From Gammaproteobacteria bacterium (lineage in GTDB: Bacteria > Pseudomonadota > Gammaproteobacteria > JBCCGL01): a DNA stretch of 64,000 nucleotides. Below are positions 10,263 through 20,070 of this stretch, one piece after another (the first letter of the stretch is position 1; the number at the start of each line of letters is the position of its first letter). The notes beneath the pieces are model-generated. The model made no database searches and had not been told where the DNA came from. It worked only from the letters and a program-made list of their open reading frames with translations. A program made the translations under genes and the position numbers. The stretch is taken from the NCBI GenBank assembly GCA_965277715.1, contig OZ255836.1, positions 640,001 to 704,000 of the forward strand, given 5' to 3'.

Positions 10263-11063
10263 TTACATGGGGATTTTAACCACTCCTTTACCTGTCACGA
10301 TGCCTTCCACAATACGCCCCGAGCTGGCATTTTTTACCCGTACCGGGCTATTGGCGGTGGCATTGGCCAGCGCTTTGCCTTTCATGCGTACCTGAATACC
10401 CGCAACTGTGGCCAGTAGGGTTACCTGTTGACCACGGTTAACGAGGTAGGGGTGTTTGAGAAGTGCCGGTGTAACCACTTGCCCGTGCCCGATGGTGCGG
10501 GTGACTTGCATGCCCTTTAGTTGTTTTACTTGAGTAAAGTAGCCGGAGCGCAAGGTTGAGAGTCTGCGGGTTTCAAAATCAATATCGTCACTGCTCAGGG
10601 TTTGGTTGCGCAGGAGTGGTTTATTGGTGATGAGTATATTGACGAACATGTCGATGCTTGCAGTGACGTAGATGTTCCAGGGTTTGGCTGTTTGGCAACT
10701 GACACTCAAAAATGTACGGCCCGGTTTGAACTGGTCGTTTACAAAGCTGATGGTCAAGGGTTGACCACAACGGCGCAGGCGCAGGCGGGTGTCTATTTTC
10801 CCCACAGTGGAGGTCACCGGGTAGGTACTACCAAAATCGTATGTGTCAATAAATTGTTGTATTTGCTGGCGAATGTTGTTGATCGATTGGTAAGGTGTGT
10901 CGGCAAATACAAAAGTAGGGAGCAGGAGTGCCGCTAATAGCCATAAGGTTTTCCGCCTTGCCTTAACTTTGTGGGCAATGTTTTCCAACGCCCGTGTTTT
11001 GGACTGCCTTGTCGCGCTGAATCGCTGCCTGTATATCGTGATCATCATAATGTCCGATACCAA
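10263..11063 (-). CDS. flgA: Flagellar P-ring formation chaperone FlgA (true start probably downstream of 11063)
   Basis: DTRLRLRRC, SAF-like region, LVNRGQQV, GKAL, VRVKNASSGRIVEG; position in the flg cluster. Confidence 0.9.
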   Translation of the reverse strand: MVSDIMMITIYRQRFSATRQSKTRALENIAHKVKARRKTLWLLAALLLPTFVFADTPYQSINNIRQQIQQFIDTYDFGSTYPVTSTVGKIDTRLRLRRCGQPLTISFVNDQFKPGRTFLSVSCQTAKPWNIYVTASIDMFVNILITNKPLLRNQTLSSDDIDFETRRLSTLRSGYFTQVKQLKGMQVTRTIGHGQVVTPALLKHPYLVNRGQQVTLLATVAGIQVRMKGKALANATANSPVRVKNASSGRIVEGIVTGKGVVKIPM

Positions 11064-11079
11064 AGCAATCTATACGCCA
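11064..11079 (-). promoter_or_regulatory. Sigma54 promoter of flgA
   Basis: Minus strand TGGCGTATAGATTGCT, GG-N10-GC. Confidence 0.75.
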
Positions 11080-11089
11080 GTATTTAGGT

Positions 11090-11116
11090 TAAAGCATTTA
11101 ACCGGGCGTCCGCTAT
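11090..11116 (+). promoter_or_regulatory. Possible sigma28 promoter of cheV
   Basis: TAAA-N15-TCCGCTAT; the -10 element is imperfect. Confidence 0.45.
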
Positions 11117-11154
11117 AGGCAAAGGTGTTTTTTGAATAAACCGGGAGTGGGGTT

Positions 11155-12105
11155 ATGACAGGTTTTATCGCAGCAGTGGATGCGAGAACGCAACTTGCCG
11201 GCCAGAACCGTATGGAGTTGTTGTTGTTTCGCCTGCGGGGTCATCGACGCTTTGGTATTAATGTGTTTAAGGTCCGGGAGGTTATCCAGTGCCCCCGGTT
11301 AACGGTTGTGCCGCAGGCTAATCATGTTGTCCGTGGTGTTGCCAATATTCGTGGCAAAACTATTTCGGTTATTGATCTCGGTGTTGCGATTGGTATGCCA
11401 CCTATTGAACATACAGCGGATGCTTTTCTGGTGATTACCGAATACAACCGCCATATACAGGGGTTTTTGGTGGGGTCGGTAGACAGTATTGTCAACCACA
11501 ATTGGGAGCAGATTTTGTCGCCGCCGTCTGGCACATCTACGCAAGGTTATTTGATCGCGGTTACGCATGTAGGTGAAGAGTTGGTGGGTATTCTCGATGT
11601 GGAGCGTGTGCTGGCTGAGTTAATGGGCAGTGAGGTCGAAGTATCGGAGGCATTGCGCAAAGCACATGCTATCGGTGACCAGGCGAAAAAACTGGTGTTG
11701 ATCGTCGATGATTCGGTTGTGGCACGCAATCAGGTCAAACGCACGGTTGAGCAGTTGGGTGGTGATACGGTAGTCGCCTGCGATGGCCGGGAAGCCTGGG
11801 GTATGCTCACGCGTTGGGCCGAGCAGGGCAGCGAAGAGTTTGAGCAGTTGGCGCTGATTGTGTCTGATATTGAGATGCCGCAGATGGATGGCTACACCTT
11901 GACGACAAAAATTCGTGAACACCCGGACCTCAAACATTTTGGTGTGATGCTGCATACCTCAATGAGTGGTGGGTTTAACGAATCCATGATTGAAAAAGTG
12001 GGGGCAGATGCCTTTATACCCAAATTTGACCCCGAGGAGTTAAGCCGGACTTTGTTTGAGAATATGAACAAACGGCATGTACCCACAGCTACTGTGGTCG
12101 CCTGA
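11155..12105 (+). CDS. cheV: Chemotaxis protein CheV (CheW + receiver)
   Basis: NRMELLLFRL, FGINVFKVREV, IVDDS, SDIEMPQMDGY, KFDP. Confidence 0.95.
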   Translation: MTGFIAAVDARTQLAGQNRMELLLFRLRGHRRFGINVFKVREVIQCPRLTVVPQANHVVRGVANIRGKTISVIDLGVAIGMPPIEHTADAFLVITEYNRHIQGFLVGSVDSIVNHNWEQILSPPSGTSTQGYLIAVTHVGEELVGILDVERVLAELMGSEVEVSEALRKAHAIGDQAKKLVLIVDDSVVARNQVKRTVEQLGGDTVVACDGREAWGMLTRWAEQGSEEFEQLALIVSDIEMPQMDGYTLTTKIREHPDLKHFGVMLHTSMSGGFNESMIEKVGADAFIPKFDPEELSRTLFENMNKRHVPTATVVA

Positions 12106-12157
12106 TTCGTTTAGCTTAATCTGCCGTTGGATTTTAGTCGGCAGGGCGTGCAGCGGT

Positions 12158-12174
12158 TTGCCGATTTACGGCAA
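12158..12174. promoter_or_regulatory. Putative enhancer for a sigma54 activator (FleR/FlrC-like) upstream of flgB
   Basis: TTGCCG-ATTTA-CGGCAA inverted repeat about 150 bp upstream of the sigma54 site; further CGGCA copies nearby. Confidence 0.5.
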
Positions 12175-12314
12175 GTATTGTCCTGAGAAAAGGGTTGTGA
12201 CGGCTCCCTTATCGTGGTGCTTTTAGCGCGGCGTTATTTTAGCGCGGCATAAGGTAATGTATTTGTAGCGGGTTTTACTGTCGGCAATGCATTTTTGCGT
12301 ATTTTAATACGGAG

Positions 12315-12330
12315 TGGCACGGCTACTGCT
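12315..12330 (+). promoter_or_regulatory. Sigma54 promoter of the flgB operon
   Basis: TGGCACGGCTACTGCT, GG-N10-GC. Confidence 0.8.
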
Positions 12331-12351
12331 TAGTGTTCACCACGACCAATC

Positions 12352-12771
12352 GTGGAGCGGTACACAGTGCAGCAAATACTCGACAAAGCAATGGGCATAC
12401 ACGATGATGCACTGCGCCTTAGAGCTTACCGCTCAAACATTATCGCCTCTAATATCGCCAATGTGGATACACCGCGCTATAAAGCTAAGGATATTGATTT
12501 TAAACGCGTTTTAAGTCGGCAGGTCACCCCCGGTGGTGTCGACCCGGTGGCTATCGGTACCACTAACGCCCGCCATATCAGTATTAAACAACCGTTATTA
12601 AGTGCTGAGCAACAGTACCGCAATCCCCTACAGGCGTCGCTGGATGGCAACACCGTCGACGCGCACGTCGAGTACAGCCAGTTCACCCAAAACACCATCC
12701 AATATCAGTCGAGCCTGCAATTTTTGAGTGGCCGTTTCAAGGGCTTACAGAAAGCGATAAAAGGCGAATAA
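12352..12771 (+). CDS. flgB: Flagellar basal-body rod protein FlgB (start probably GTG 12367)
   Basis: ASNIANVDTPRYKAKDIDF, SLDGNTVD. Confidence 0.95.
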   Translation: MERYTVQQILDKAMGIHDDALRLRAYRSNIIASNIANVDTPRYKAKDIDFKRVLSRQVTPGGVDPVAIGTTNARHISIKQPLLSAEQQYRNPLQASLDGNTVDAHVEYSQFTQNTIQYQSSLQFLSGRFKGLQKAIKGE

Positions 12772-12773
12772 GT

Positions 12774-13181
12774 ATGTCTCTGATGCACAATTTTGATGTG
12801 GCGGGCAGTGCGATGAGCGCGCAATCGCTGCGCTTGAATATCACTACCAGCAATATGGCGAATGCCGACACGATCAGTGCCGACAGGGAATCTGCCTACC
12901 GGGCGCGCAGCCCGGTATTCAGTTCTATGTTAATCAACCGGGCGCAAGAGTCGGTGGGGGTGGAGATGCTGGGTGTCATCGAAAGCCAACGACCCGTGAC
13001 GGCGCGCCATTCGCCGGGGCACCCACTCGCTGATGCCGATGGCAATGTCTATTCCTCAAACGTCAATGTGATTGAGGAGATGGTCAATATGATCTCTGCT
13101 TCACGCAGTTATCAGAGCAATATCGAAGTGCTCAATACCTCTAAACAATTGTTGATTCGAACGCTGAGTCTGGGGCAATAA
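12774..13181 (+). CDS. flgC: Flagellar basal-body rod protein FlgC
   Basis: AQSLRLN..SNMANAD, PGHPLADADG, EEMVNMISASRSYQSN. Confidence 0.96.
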   Translation: MSLMHNFDVAGSAMSAQSLRLNITTSNMANADTISADRESAYRARSPVFSSMLINRAQESVGVEMLGVIESQRPVTARHSPGHPLADADGNVYSSNVNVIEEMVNMISASRSYQSNIEVLNTSKQLLIRTLSLGQ

Positions 13182-13254
13182 ACCAGCCTTAATCTGTCAA
13201 TTAAATACTGCTAATCAGGGGCTGACCTACTGTGGCCTGGTGTGGAAAGAAACC

Positions 13255-13935
13255 ATGAATATTAATGAAACCAATGGCACGAGTATTTTTGAGCAGCTTA
13301 ATCTGGCTCAACAGACCGCCAATGACAGTAATAGCAGCGAGCTGGGTCAAACGGACTTTCTTCAGCTAATGACCACGCAATTGCAAAATCAGGATCCGTT
13401 TTCACCGCTGGAAAACGGTGAGTTTATTGGTCAGTTAGCCCAGTTTGGCACCGTTTCCGGTATTGAGACATTGCAGCAGTCGTTTGAGAGCTTTGCCGGT
13501 GCATTGCAGTCCAACCGGGCGCTTGAGGCATCGGTCATGGTAGGGCGCTCGGTCCTGGTGCCCGGTGCCACAGCGGCGCTGGCGCAAGGCGGCACGCTCA
13601 GCGGTGGGGTCAGCCTGCCCGCAGCGTCTGATAATGTTGTGGTCAAGGTGCACAACACAAGTGGTGAACTGGTCGCGACGCGCAACCTCAATGGTCAGGC
13701 GGCGGGCATTGTCCGGTTTACATGGGATGGTCTCAATGACGGCGGCGACCCGGTGGTGGCCGGTAATTACCAGATCCAGGCCGAAGCACAGATTGGTAAT
13801 GAGGTTGAGCAGCTTGGCACGTTTGTTTCCGGCAATGTCGATAGCGTGACACTGGGGGGCAGTGCCGGTGAGTTCACCTTGCACGTGGCGGGCATTGGCG
13901 ATGTGCGTATCGATGATGTTGTACAGATTAACTAA
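13255..13935 (+). CDS. flgD: Flagellar hook capping protein FlgD
   Basis: DFLQLMTTQLQNQDPFSP, QLAQF, FTWDG. Confidence 0.95.
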   Translation: MNINETNGTSIFEQLNLAQQTANDSNSSELGQTDFLQLMTTQLQNQDPFSPLENGEFIGQLAQFGTVSGIETLQQSFESFAGALQSNRALEASVMVGRSVLVPGATAALAQGGTLSGGVSLPAASDNVVVKVHNTSGELVATRNLNGQAAGIVRFTWDGLNDGGDPVVAGNYQIQAEAQIGNEVEQLGTFVSGNVDSVTLGGSAGEFTLHVAGIGDVRIDDVVQIN

Positions 13936-13965
13936 ACCTAAAACCTTAGCAGAGAGGAATTAACT

Positions 13966-15231
13966 ATGTCATTTGCAATCGCTTTGAGCGGTCTTAACGC
14001 GGCCAATGCTGAGTTGTCGGTCACCAGTAATAATATTGCCAATGTCGGCACCGTTGGGTTTAAAGGATCGCGGGCGGAGTTTGCTGATGTTTATTCAGTC
14101 AATCAGTTCAGCACATCGAGAACCTCGATTGGTTCGGGGGCGCTGTTGAGTCAGGTGCGGCAGTTGTTTACCCAGGGCAGCCTGGAGTATTCAGAGAATA
14201 GCCTGGATCTGGCGGTCAATGGGCAGGGTTTTTTTGTGACCTCGACAGACCGCAATACATTCAATCCCTCCTATACACGGGCCGGGGCATTTGGGGTCGA
14301 TGCACAAGGTTATGTCACCAATCCCCAGGGGCAGTTCTTACAGGTATTTCCAGTGGATACAACGACTGGCAATGCCACCTCCACAAGTGCCTCTGCTGCG
14401 CGGGCGTTACAGGTGCCGGATTCTTTTGGACCACCCAATCCGACGTCCAATATAGGGGTTGGGGTCAATTTGCCCGCAACGGCAACCTCACTCGACCCGG
14501 CGTTATTTAACAGTGCGAATGCCAGCACTTATACCAATACCACCTCGACGACGATTTTTGACTCTCTAGGCACATCACACACCCTGCAGACGTTCTTCAT
14601 CAAATCGAATGCGGCGGCCAATACCTGGGAGACACGCACGCTTATCGATGGCAATGCCATCACGCCGGCTGCGGGTGCAGATGAAACACTGGTATTTAAT
14701 CCCAGCGGTGTTTTCCAAACGCCAGCGGGCGGTACCGTACAGTATGCCCCCAGCCCTTTGGCCAATGGTGCCAGCCCACTCAGTATCACGGTCGATTACA
14801 CCCCCGCTGCGGGTACAGATTCAACCCAGTTCTCATCCGGTTTTCTGGTGTCATCGTTGTTGCAGGACGGTGCCGGTACGGGCCGTTTGAATGGTTTGGA
14901 AGTCGGTGATAATGGTTTGGTACGGGGCAACTACACCAACGGTGAGGCGCGATCACTAGGGCGCATTATTATCTCTGATTTTACCAATGCGCAGGGTCTG
15001 CGGCAGGTGGGTAACACTATGTGGCGTGAGACATCGGCCTCTGGTCAGGCATTGATCGGTGAGGCCTCCACAGGCCGCTTTGGTTCGGTACAGTCCGGTG
15101 CAGTGGAGACCTCTAATGTAAAGCTCACGAATGAATTGGTGAAGCTGATTACCGCGCAGCGCAATTTTCAGGCCAGTGCCAAGGCGATCGAGACTTCAAA
15201 CACTGTCACTCAAACCGTTATCAATATCTAA
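13966..15231 (+). CDS. flgE: Flagellar hook protein FlgE
   Basis: MSFAIALSGL, SNNIANVGTVGFK, YTRAGAF, ETSNV, AQRNFQASAKAI. Confidence 0.96.
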   Translation: MSFAIALSGLNAANAELSVTSNNIANVGTVGFKGSRAEFADVYSVNQFSTSRTSIGSGALLSQVRQLFTQGSLEYSENSLDLAVNGQGFFVTSTDRNTFNPSYTRAGAFGVDAQGYVTNPQGQFLQVFPVDTTTGNATSTSASAARALQVPDSFGPPNPTSNIGVGVNLPATATSLDPALFNSANASTYTNTTSTTIFDSLGTSHTLQTFFIKSNAAANTWETRTLIDGNAITPAAGADETLVFNPSGVFQTPAGGTVQYAPSPLANGASPLSITVDYTPAAGTDSTQFSSGFLVSSLLQDGAGTGRLNGLEVGDNGLVRGNYTNGEARSLGRIIISDFTNAQGLRQVGNTMWRETSASGQALIGEASTGRFGSVQSGAVETSNVKLTNELVKLITAQRNFQASAKAIETSNTVTQTVINI

Positions 15232-15263
15232 CGTGGTTGCATTGGACGCAGTGGAGTTGACAC

Positions 15264-16004
15264 GTGGATAAGCTGCTGTACACGGCAATGACGGGTGCTA
15301 AAAACGTACTGTTTGCGCAAAGCACTAACGCCAATAACCTGGCCAATGTGAACACTTACGGGTTTAAGGCGGATCTGGACTTTTTTGTCTCGGAGCCAGT
15401 GTACGGCCCTGGACACCCGACGCGGGTGTACGCCGAGGATGCCCGCGCCGGGTTTAACACTGCCGCTGGCAGCCTGATCCAGACCGGATACCCACTGGAC
15501 ATCGGTATTACCGGTGAGGGGTGGATCGGTGTGCAGGCAGACGACGGCAGTGTGGCTTACACCCGGCGCGGTGACCTGCGCATCGATGCCTCCGGGCTAT
15601 TGCTCAATGGTGAGGGCCGCCTGGTATTAGGTGACAGTGGTCCCATCACTGTTCCCCCCAGTGAATCGTTGATTGTGGGGCGCGATGGCACTATCAGTAT
15701 TCGCCCCCTGGGGGCCGGTGCCAATGAGCTGGCAAATATCGACCGGGTGTTGCTGGTCAACCCGCCGGAGCAGGATATCGTTAAGGGTAATGATGGTTTG
15801 TACCGGCTGAAAAGCGGCGAGCAGGCAGAGCCGGATGCGTTTGTCCAGGTGACATCCGGGGCTATTGAGGCGAGCAATGTCAATTCAGTTGAAGCCCTGG
15901 TCAATATGATTGAGTACGGGCGCAATTTCGAGTCGCAGATACGCTTTTTTCAGGTGGCCGAGGACATGGACGCACAATCGGCACGCCTGATGAGCCTGAC
16001 ATAA
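15264..16004 (+). CDS. flgF: Flagellar basal-body rod protein FlgF
   Basis: MDKLLYTAMTGA, NNLANVNT, YTRRGDL, EASNVN. Confidence 0.95.
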   Translation: MDKLLYTAMTGAKNVLFAQSTNANNLANVNTYGFKADLDFFVSEPVYGPGHPTRVYAEDARAGFNTAAGSLIQTGYPLDIGITGEGWIGVQADDGSVAYTRRGDLRIDASGLLLNGEGRLVLGDSGPITVPPSESLIVGRDGTISIRPLGAGANELANIDRVLLVNPPEQDIVKGNDGLYRLKSGEQAEPDAFVQVTSGAIEASNVNSVEALVNMIEYGRNFESQIRFFQVAEDMDAQSARLMSLT

Positions 16005-16088
16005 ACCGTGTAACGCAGGTTAAAGCACGGGCCAATAATGACAAGCTAATAATGACAACTAGAGTGACAAAATGAACCAGGTGACAAA

Positions 16089-16874
16089 ATGAATCCGGCA
16101 CTGTGGATTGCCAAGACCGGCCTCGACGCACAGCAAACGCGGATAGGGGTTATTTCCCATAACCTGGCAAATGTCAGCACGACAGGCTACAAGCGCGAGC
16201 GCGCAGTCTTTGAAGATCTTTTTTACCAGAATATACGCCAGCCCGGTGCGCAGACATCGCAAAACACGCTACTGCCCTCGGGGTTGACGCTGGGCACCGG
16301 GGTGCGCGTTGTCGCCACTGAAAAGCTACACACGCAGGGCAATGTGTTGCAAACCCAGAACTCGCTTGATCTCGCCGTCAATGGCCGGGGCTTTTTCCAG
16401 GTTCTGCTGCCAGACGGCAATATCGCCTACACCCGCGATGGCAGTTTTAATCTCGATGCACAGGGCGGGATGGTGACATCCAACGGCTATGCGCTGCAAC
16501 CGGCTATCACGGTGCCCACTGGCACGCAAAGCCTCGAAGTCGGCGGTGATGGGGTGGTCACGGCCTTACTTGATGGGGCAACCGCACCCACGGCGGTAGG
16601 CAATTTAACCCTGGTCGATTTTATCAACCCGGTCGGTTTGCTGCCGGTTGGTGAGAACCTCTACCAGGCGTCGGTCGCCAGTGGCGCTGCCACCACCGGC
16701 ACCCCAGGGGCCGCCGGTTTTGGCGCTATCCGCCAGGGCTTTTTGGAAACCTCCAACGTCAATATTGTCGAGGAGCTGGTCAGCATGATTGAGACACAGC
16801 GGGCTTATGAAATGAATTCCAAGGTGATTTCCACTACCGACGATATGTTGCAATACCTGAACAATAACGTTTAG
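16089..16874 (+). CDS. flgG: Flagellar basal-body rod protein FlgG
   Basis: [32 protein letters not shown]. Confidence 0.97.
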   Translation: MNPALWIAKTGLDAQQTRIGVISHNLANVSTTGYKRERAVFEDLFYQNIRQPGAQTSQNTLLPSGLTLGTGVRVVATEKLHTQGNVLQTQNSLDLAVNGRGFFQVLLPDGNIAYTRDGSFNLDAQGGMVTSNGYALQPAITVPTGTQSLEVGGDGVVTALLDGATAPTAVGNLTLVDFINPVGLLPVGENLYQASVASGAATTGTPGAAGFGAIRQGFLETSNVNIVEELVSMIETQRAYEMNSKVISTTDDMLQYLNNNV

Positions 16875-16887
16875 AGGCCAGATCAGT

Positions 16888-17619
16888 ATGTTTAATCTCA
16901 ATGTGTTGTGTGATTTTGCTGGTATGCCTTTGCGGTGTTTGCTGTGGCGTGCCGGGTTATTGTCCATATTATCGCTCGGCGCTGCCTGCTCGCAGATAAT
17001 CCCGGCGGTGGAGCCTGACCCTGACTACGCGGCGACTGATCCACTGCCACCCACACCGGCGCTTGAGTACCAGGGCGGGGCAATTTATCAAGCGGAGACG
17101 GCACAGGCCCTGTTTCGCGACGGGCGCACCTACCGGGTGGGGGATATTCTCACCATCAACCTGGCCGAGAGGACAGACGCCAGAACGCTCTCCTCGACCA
17201 CCACCGCCAAGGACGATACGATTGGGCTAACGGTGGGTAATCTGTTCGGGGTGATACCGACCGATGGCGATCGTGCCATCGGCAATACAACCAGCGCTGC
17301 CGAGCGAAGTTTTACCGGCAGCGGCAACAGCAGCCAGAGTAACAGGCTGACAGGTGATTTGACGGTAATGGTCTCGCAGGTATTGGCCAATGGCAATTTG
17401 ATGGTGCGCGGCGAGAAAATTGTTTCCATCAATCAGGGCACTGAATATATACGCCTCTCAGGTGTTGTGCGCCAAAGTGATATTGCGCCTGACAATACCG
17501 TGTCATCCACCCGGGTTGCCAATGCGCGGGTTTCCTACGGGGGCGGTGGGGCATTGGCCGACGCCAATGCCGCTGGCTGGTTGTCGCGGTTCTTTAGCAG
17601 CGAATTCTGGCCTTTCTGA
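16888..17619 (+). CDS. flgH: Flagellar L-ring lipoprotein FlgH
   Basis: Lipobox [31 protein letters not shown]. Confidence 0.95.
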   Translation: MFNLNVLCDFAGMPLRCLLWRAGLLSILSLGAACSQIIPAVEPDPDYAATDPLPPTPALEYQGGAIYQAETAQALFRDGRTYRVGDILTINLAERTDARTLSSTTTAKDDTIGLTVGNLFGVIPTDGDRAIGNTTSAAERSFTGSGNSSQSNRLTGDLTVMVSQVLANGNLMVRGEKIVSINQGTEYIRLSGVVRQSDIAPDNTVSSTRVANARVSYGGGGALADANAAGWLSRFFSSEFWPF

Positions 17620-18755
17620 TGCCATTATATAGTGCCAAAAACCGGGTATTGCGCCGTTTATTGATGGTTGTTTGCGCCGTGCTGAGCGTGTCACTGGCCG
17701 GGCTTGCCAACGCCGAGCGTATCAAAGACCTCGCCTCTATCGCGGGGGTGCGCAGTAACCAGCTCCTGGGCTATGGCCTGGTGGTCGGCCTTAATGGCAC
17801 GGGTGATTCGGCGGCGCAGACGCGCTTCACTGTGCAGAGCCTGCGCGCTATGTTGTCAAAATACGGTATTTCGATACCGCCGAATGTGACCCCTGGGGTG
17901 GATAATATTGCCGCCGTTATGGTGCACGCCGACCTCCCGGCGTTTGCCAAGCCCGGCCAGCAGATCGATATCACGGCTTCATCGTTGGGGGATGCCGACA
18001 GCCTGCGGGGCGGCACATTGTTGATGACCCCATTAAAAGGGATCGACGGTAAGACCTATGCATTGGCGCAGGGTAACCTGGTCGTCGGTGGCTTTGGTGT
18101 GAATGCGGGTGATGGGTCGAGTATTACCGTCAATGTGCCCAGCGTTGGGCGCATTCCCAATGGCGCCACAGTAGAGCGTGCGGTCCCTAACCCCTTTGCC
18201 GAAGGCGGCTCGATTTTGCTTAATCTGCACACCCCTGATTTCACCACAGCCAAGCACCTAAGCGACCAGATCAATCACGTTATCGGCCCGAATACGGCGC
18301 GTGCCATCGATTCGGTATCGATTGAAGTGGGCGCCCCCGTGGCGACTGATCAACGGGTCGGCTTTGTCTCGTTTCTGGAGAATATGCAGGTGGAGCCGGG
18401 CGAGGCGGCGGCTAAAGTCATCATCAACTCGCGCACGGGCACCATTGTTATTGGCAGTCATGTGCGGGTGGCACCGGCGGCCGTGACCCACGGTAGCCTA
18501 ACCGTGAGTATCACCGCCAATAATACGGTGAGCCAACCGAACCCACTGGCTGAAGGCGAGACCGTCGAGGTGCAAAATAATGATATTGAAGTGGCTCAGG
18601 AGAGTAGCCGCATGTTTCTGTTTGATGCCGGTGTGACACTGAGCGAAATCGTCAGTGCGGTCAATCAGGTGGGGGCCGCTCCCGGTGATCTGGTGGCGAT
18701 TCTGGAGGCCTTAAAGCAGGTCGGTGCACTGCGTGCGCAGTTGATTGTGATTTAA
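17619..18755 (+). CDS. flgI: Flagellar P-ring protein FlgI
   Basis: [43 protein letters not shown]. Confidence 0.97.
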   Translation: MPLYSAKNRVLRRLLMVVCAVLSVSLAGLANAERIKDLASIAGVRSNQLLGYGLVVGLNGTGDSAAQTRFTVQSLRAMLSKYGISIPPNVTPGVDNIAAVMVHADLPAFAKPGQQIDITASSLGDADSLRGGTLLMTPLKGIDGKTYALAQGNLVVGGFGVNAGDGSSITVNVPSVGRIPNGATVERAVPNPFAEGGSILLNLHTPDFTTAKHLSDQINHVIGPNTARAIDSVSIEVGAPVATDQRVGFVSFLENMQVEPGEAAAKVIINSRTGTIVIGSHVRVAPAAVTHGSLTVSITANNTVSQPNPLAEGETVEVQNNDIEVAQESSRMFLFDAGVTLSEIVSAVNQVGAAPGDLVAILEALKQVGALRAQLIVI

Positions 18756-18777
18756 CTCCGGCAATCTGCTGAATGAT

Positions 18778-20058
18778 ATGACCGTCTCAAACGATCTGCC
18801 GCAGTACTACCACGATGTCAAATCCCTGGCACCGCTTAAACGCGCTGCCAGGGAAGACCCACAAGACAGGGAAACGCTGCGCAAAGTAGTGCAACAGTTT
18901 GAAAGTATCTTTATGGCGATGGCGCTGAAAAGTATGCGCGCCGCCTCGCGTGTCTCGGATACGGGTGAGTCGTTGTTCGACAGCAAGCAGACGCTGTTTT
19001 ACCGCGATATGTTCGATCGACAACTCTCGGTAAAGCTGGCCGGTGAAGGGGGTTTGGGTCTGGCTGATTTAATGGTGGAACAGCTCAGCACTATACCGGC
19101 GTTGTCACGCCCCGATCCCTTTGCTAGTGAGCAGGGCGCCCGCTACGGGGGCTTGCCACTGTCTGCGCAGCAGTTGCATACATTGTCACTAGCTGGCCAG
19201 CCGCAACATGCAATGCCACAGAGCCTGGCTATTGCAACAGTGCATACCCCAACAACGCGCACAATCGCGACTGAAACCCAGGGCAATACCGCAGATAATA
19301 TCGCGAAAACACACAGCGCCCGTTCGCAAGTGGCAGCGAAGGTTGAGAGACCACTGCCTGAGCGCCAGATAACCAAGGAGGTGACCAGGGAGGTAGCCAA
19401 AGAGGTTACCAGTGAGCCGCTGGGTCGGGAACAGGTAGCGGAGCAGGTAGGACAGGCATCGACAGAGCAGGTAGCACAGCAGGTGGGACAGGCATCGCCA
19501 GCAGAGCAGGTAGCAGAGCAGGTGGGACGGGCATCGCCAGAGGGCCTATGGCACTCCCCCACAGAATTTGTGCGTGCTATCTGGCCGGGCGCCCAGCAAG
19601 CGGCTAAACAACTGGGGGTTGATCCCAAAGTGCTGGTGGCACAATCGGCACTGGAGACGGGGTGGGGCAGTAAGTTGCCACAACACGCCGATGGGCGCAG
19701 CAGCTTCAATTTGTTTGGTATCAAGGCCGGGAGTGACTGGCACGGTGAGCGTGTGACGGTCAATACGCTGGAATTTGAGGGCGACCGTTTTGTCACGCAG
19801 AAAAGTGCCTTTCGCGCCTACGCGTCGGTGGCCGATGCAATGGCCGATTACACCGATTTTTTGCACAGCCGCGAGCGCTATGCCGATGCCTTGAAAAATG
19901 CCGGTAGCCCGGAAAAATATACACATGCTCTGCAAAAAGCGGGTTACGCGACTGACCCCGTATACGCGGATAAAATACTGCGCGTCATGCAAAGCCAACC
20001 CATCAGGGAAGGCGTGGCAAAATGGGGCGCGATACCTCAGAAAATGGATGGTCTGTAG
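18778..20058 (+). CDS. flgJ: Flagellar rod cap / peptidoglycan hydrolase FlgJ
   Basis: QFESIF...LKSMR rod-binding domain; AQSALETGWG, NLFGIKA, GYATDP glucosaminidase domain. Confidence 0.94.
   Translation: MTVSNDLPQYYHDVKSLAPLKRAAREDPQDRETLRKVVQQFESIFMAMALKSMRAASRVSDTGESLFDSKQTLFYRDMFDRQLSVKLAGEGGLGLADLMVEQLSTIPALSRPDPFASEQGARYGGLPLSAQQLHTLSLAGQPQHAMPQSLAIATVHTPTTRTIATETQGNTADNIAKTHSARSQVAAKVERPLPERQITKEVTREVAKEVTSEPLGREQVAEQVGQASTEQVAQQVGQASPAEQVAEQVGRASPEGLWHSPTEFVRAIWPGAQQAAKQLGVDPKVLVAQSALETGWGSKLPQHADGRSSFNLFGIKAGSDWHGERVTVNTLEFEGDRFVTQKSAFRAYASVADAMADYTDFLHSRERYADALKNAGSPEKYTHALQKAGYATDPVYADKILRVMQSQPIREGVAKWGAIPQKMDGL
19429..19542 (+). repeat. Intragenic tandem repeat in flgJ (3 x 36-39 bp)
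   Basis: Encodes EQVAEQVGQAST / EQVAQQVGQASPA / EQVAEQVGRASPE. Confidence 0.9.
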
Positions 20059-20070
20059 GGGCTGCGCGCT

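Noticed and set aside
19369-19542. CRISPR-like array
   Set aside because: The repeats are in-frame coding units without unique spacers; no cas genes in the window
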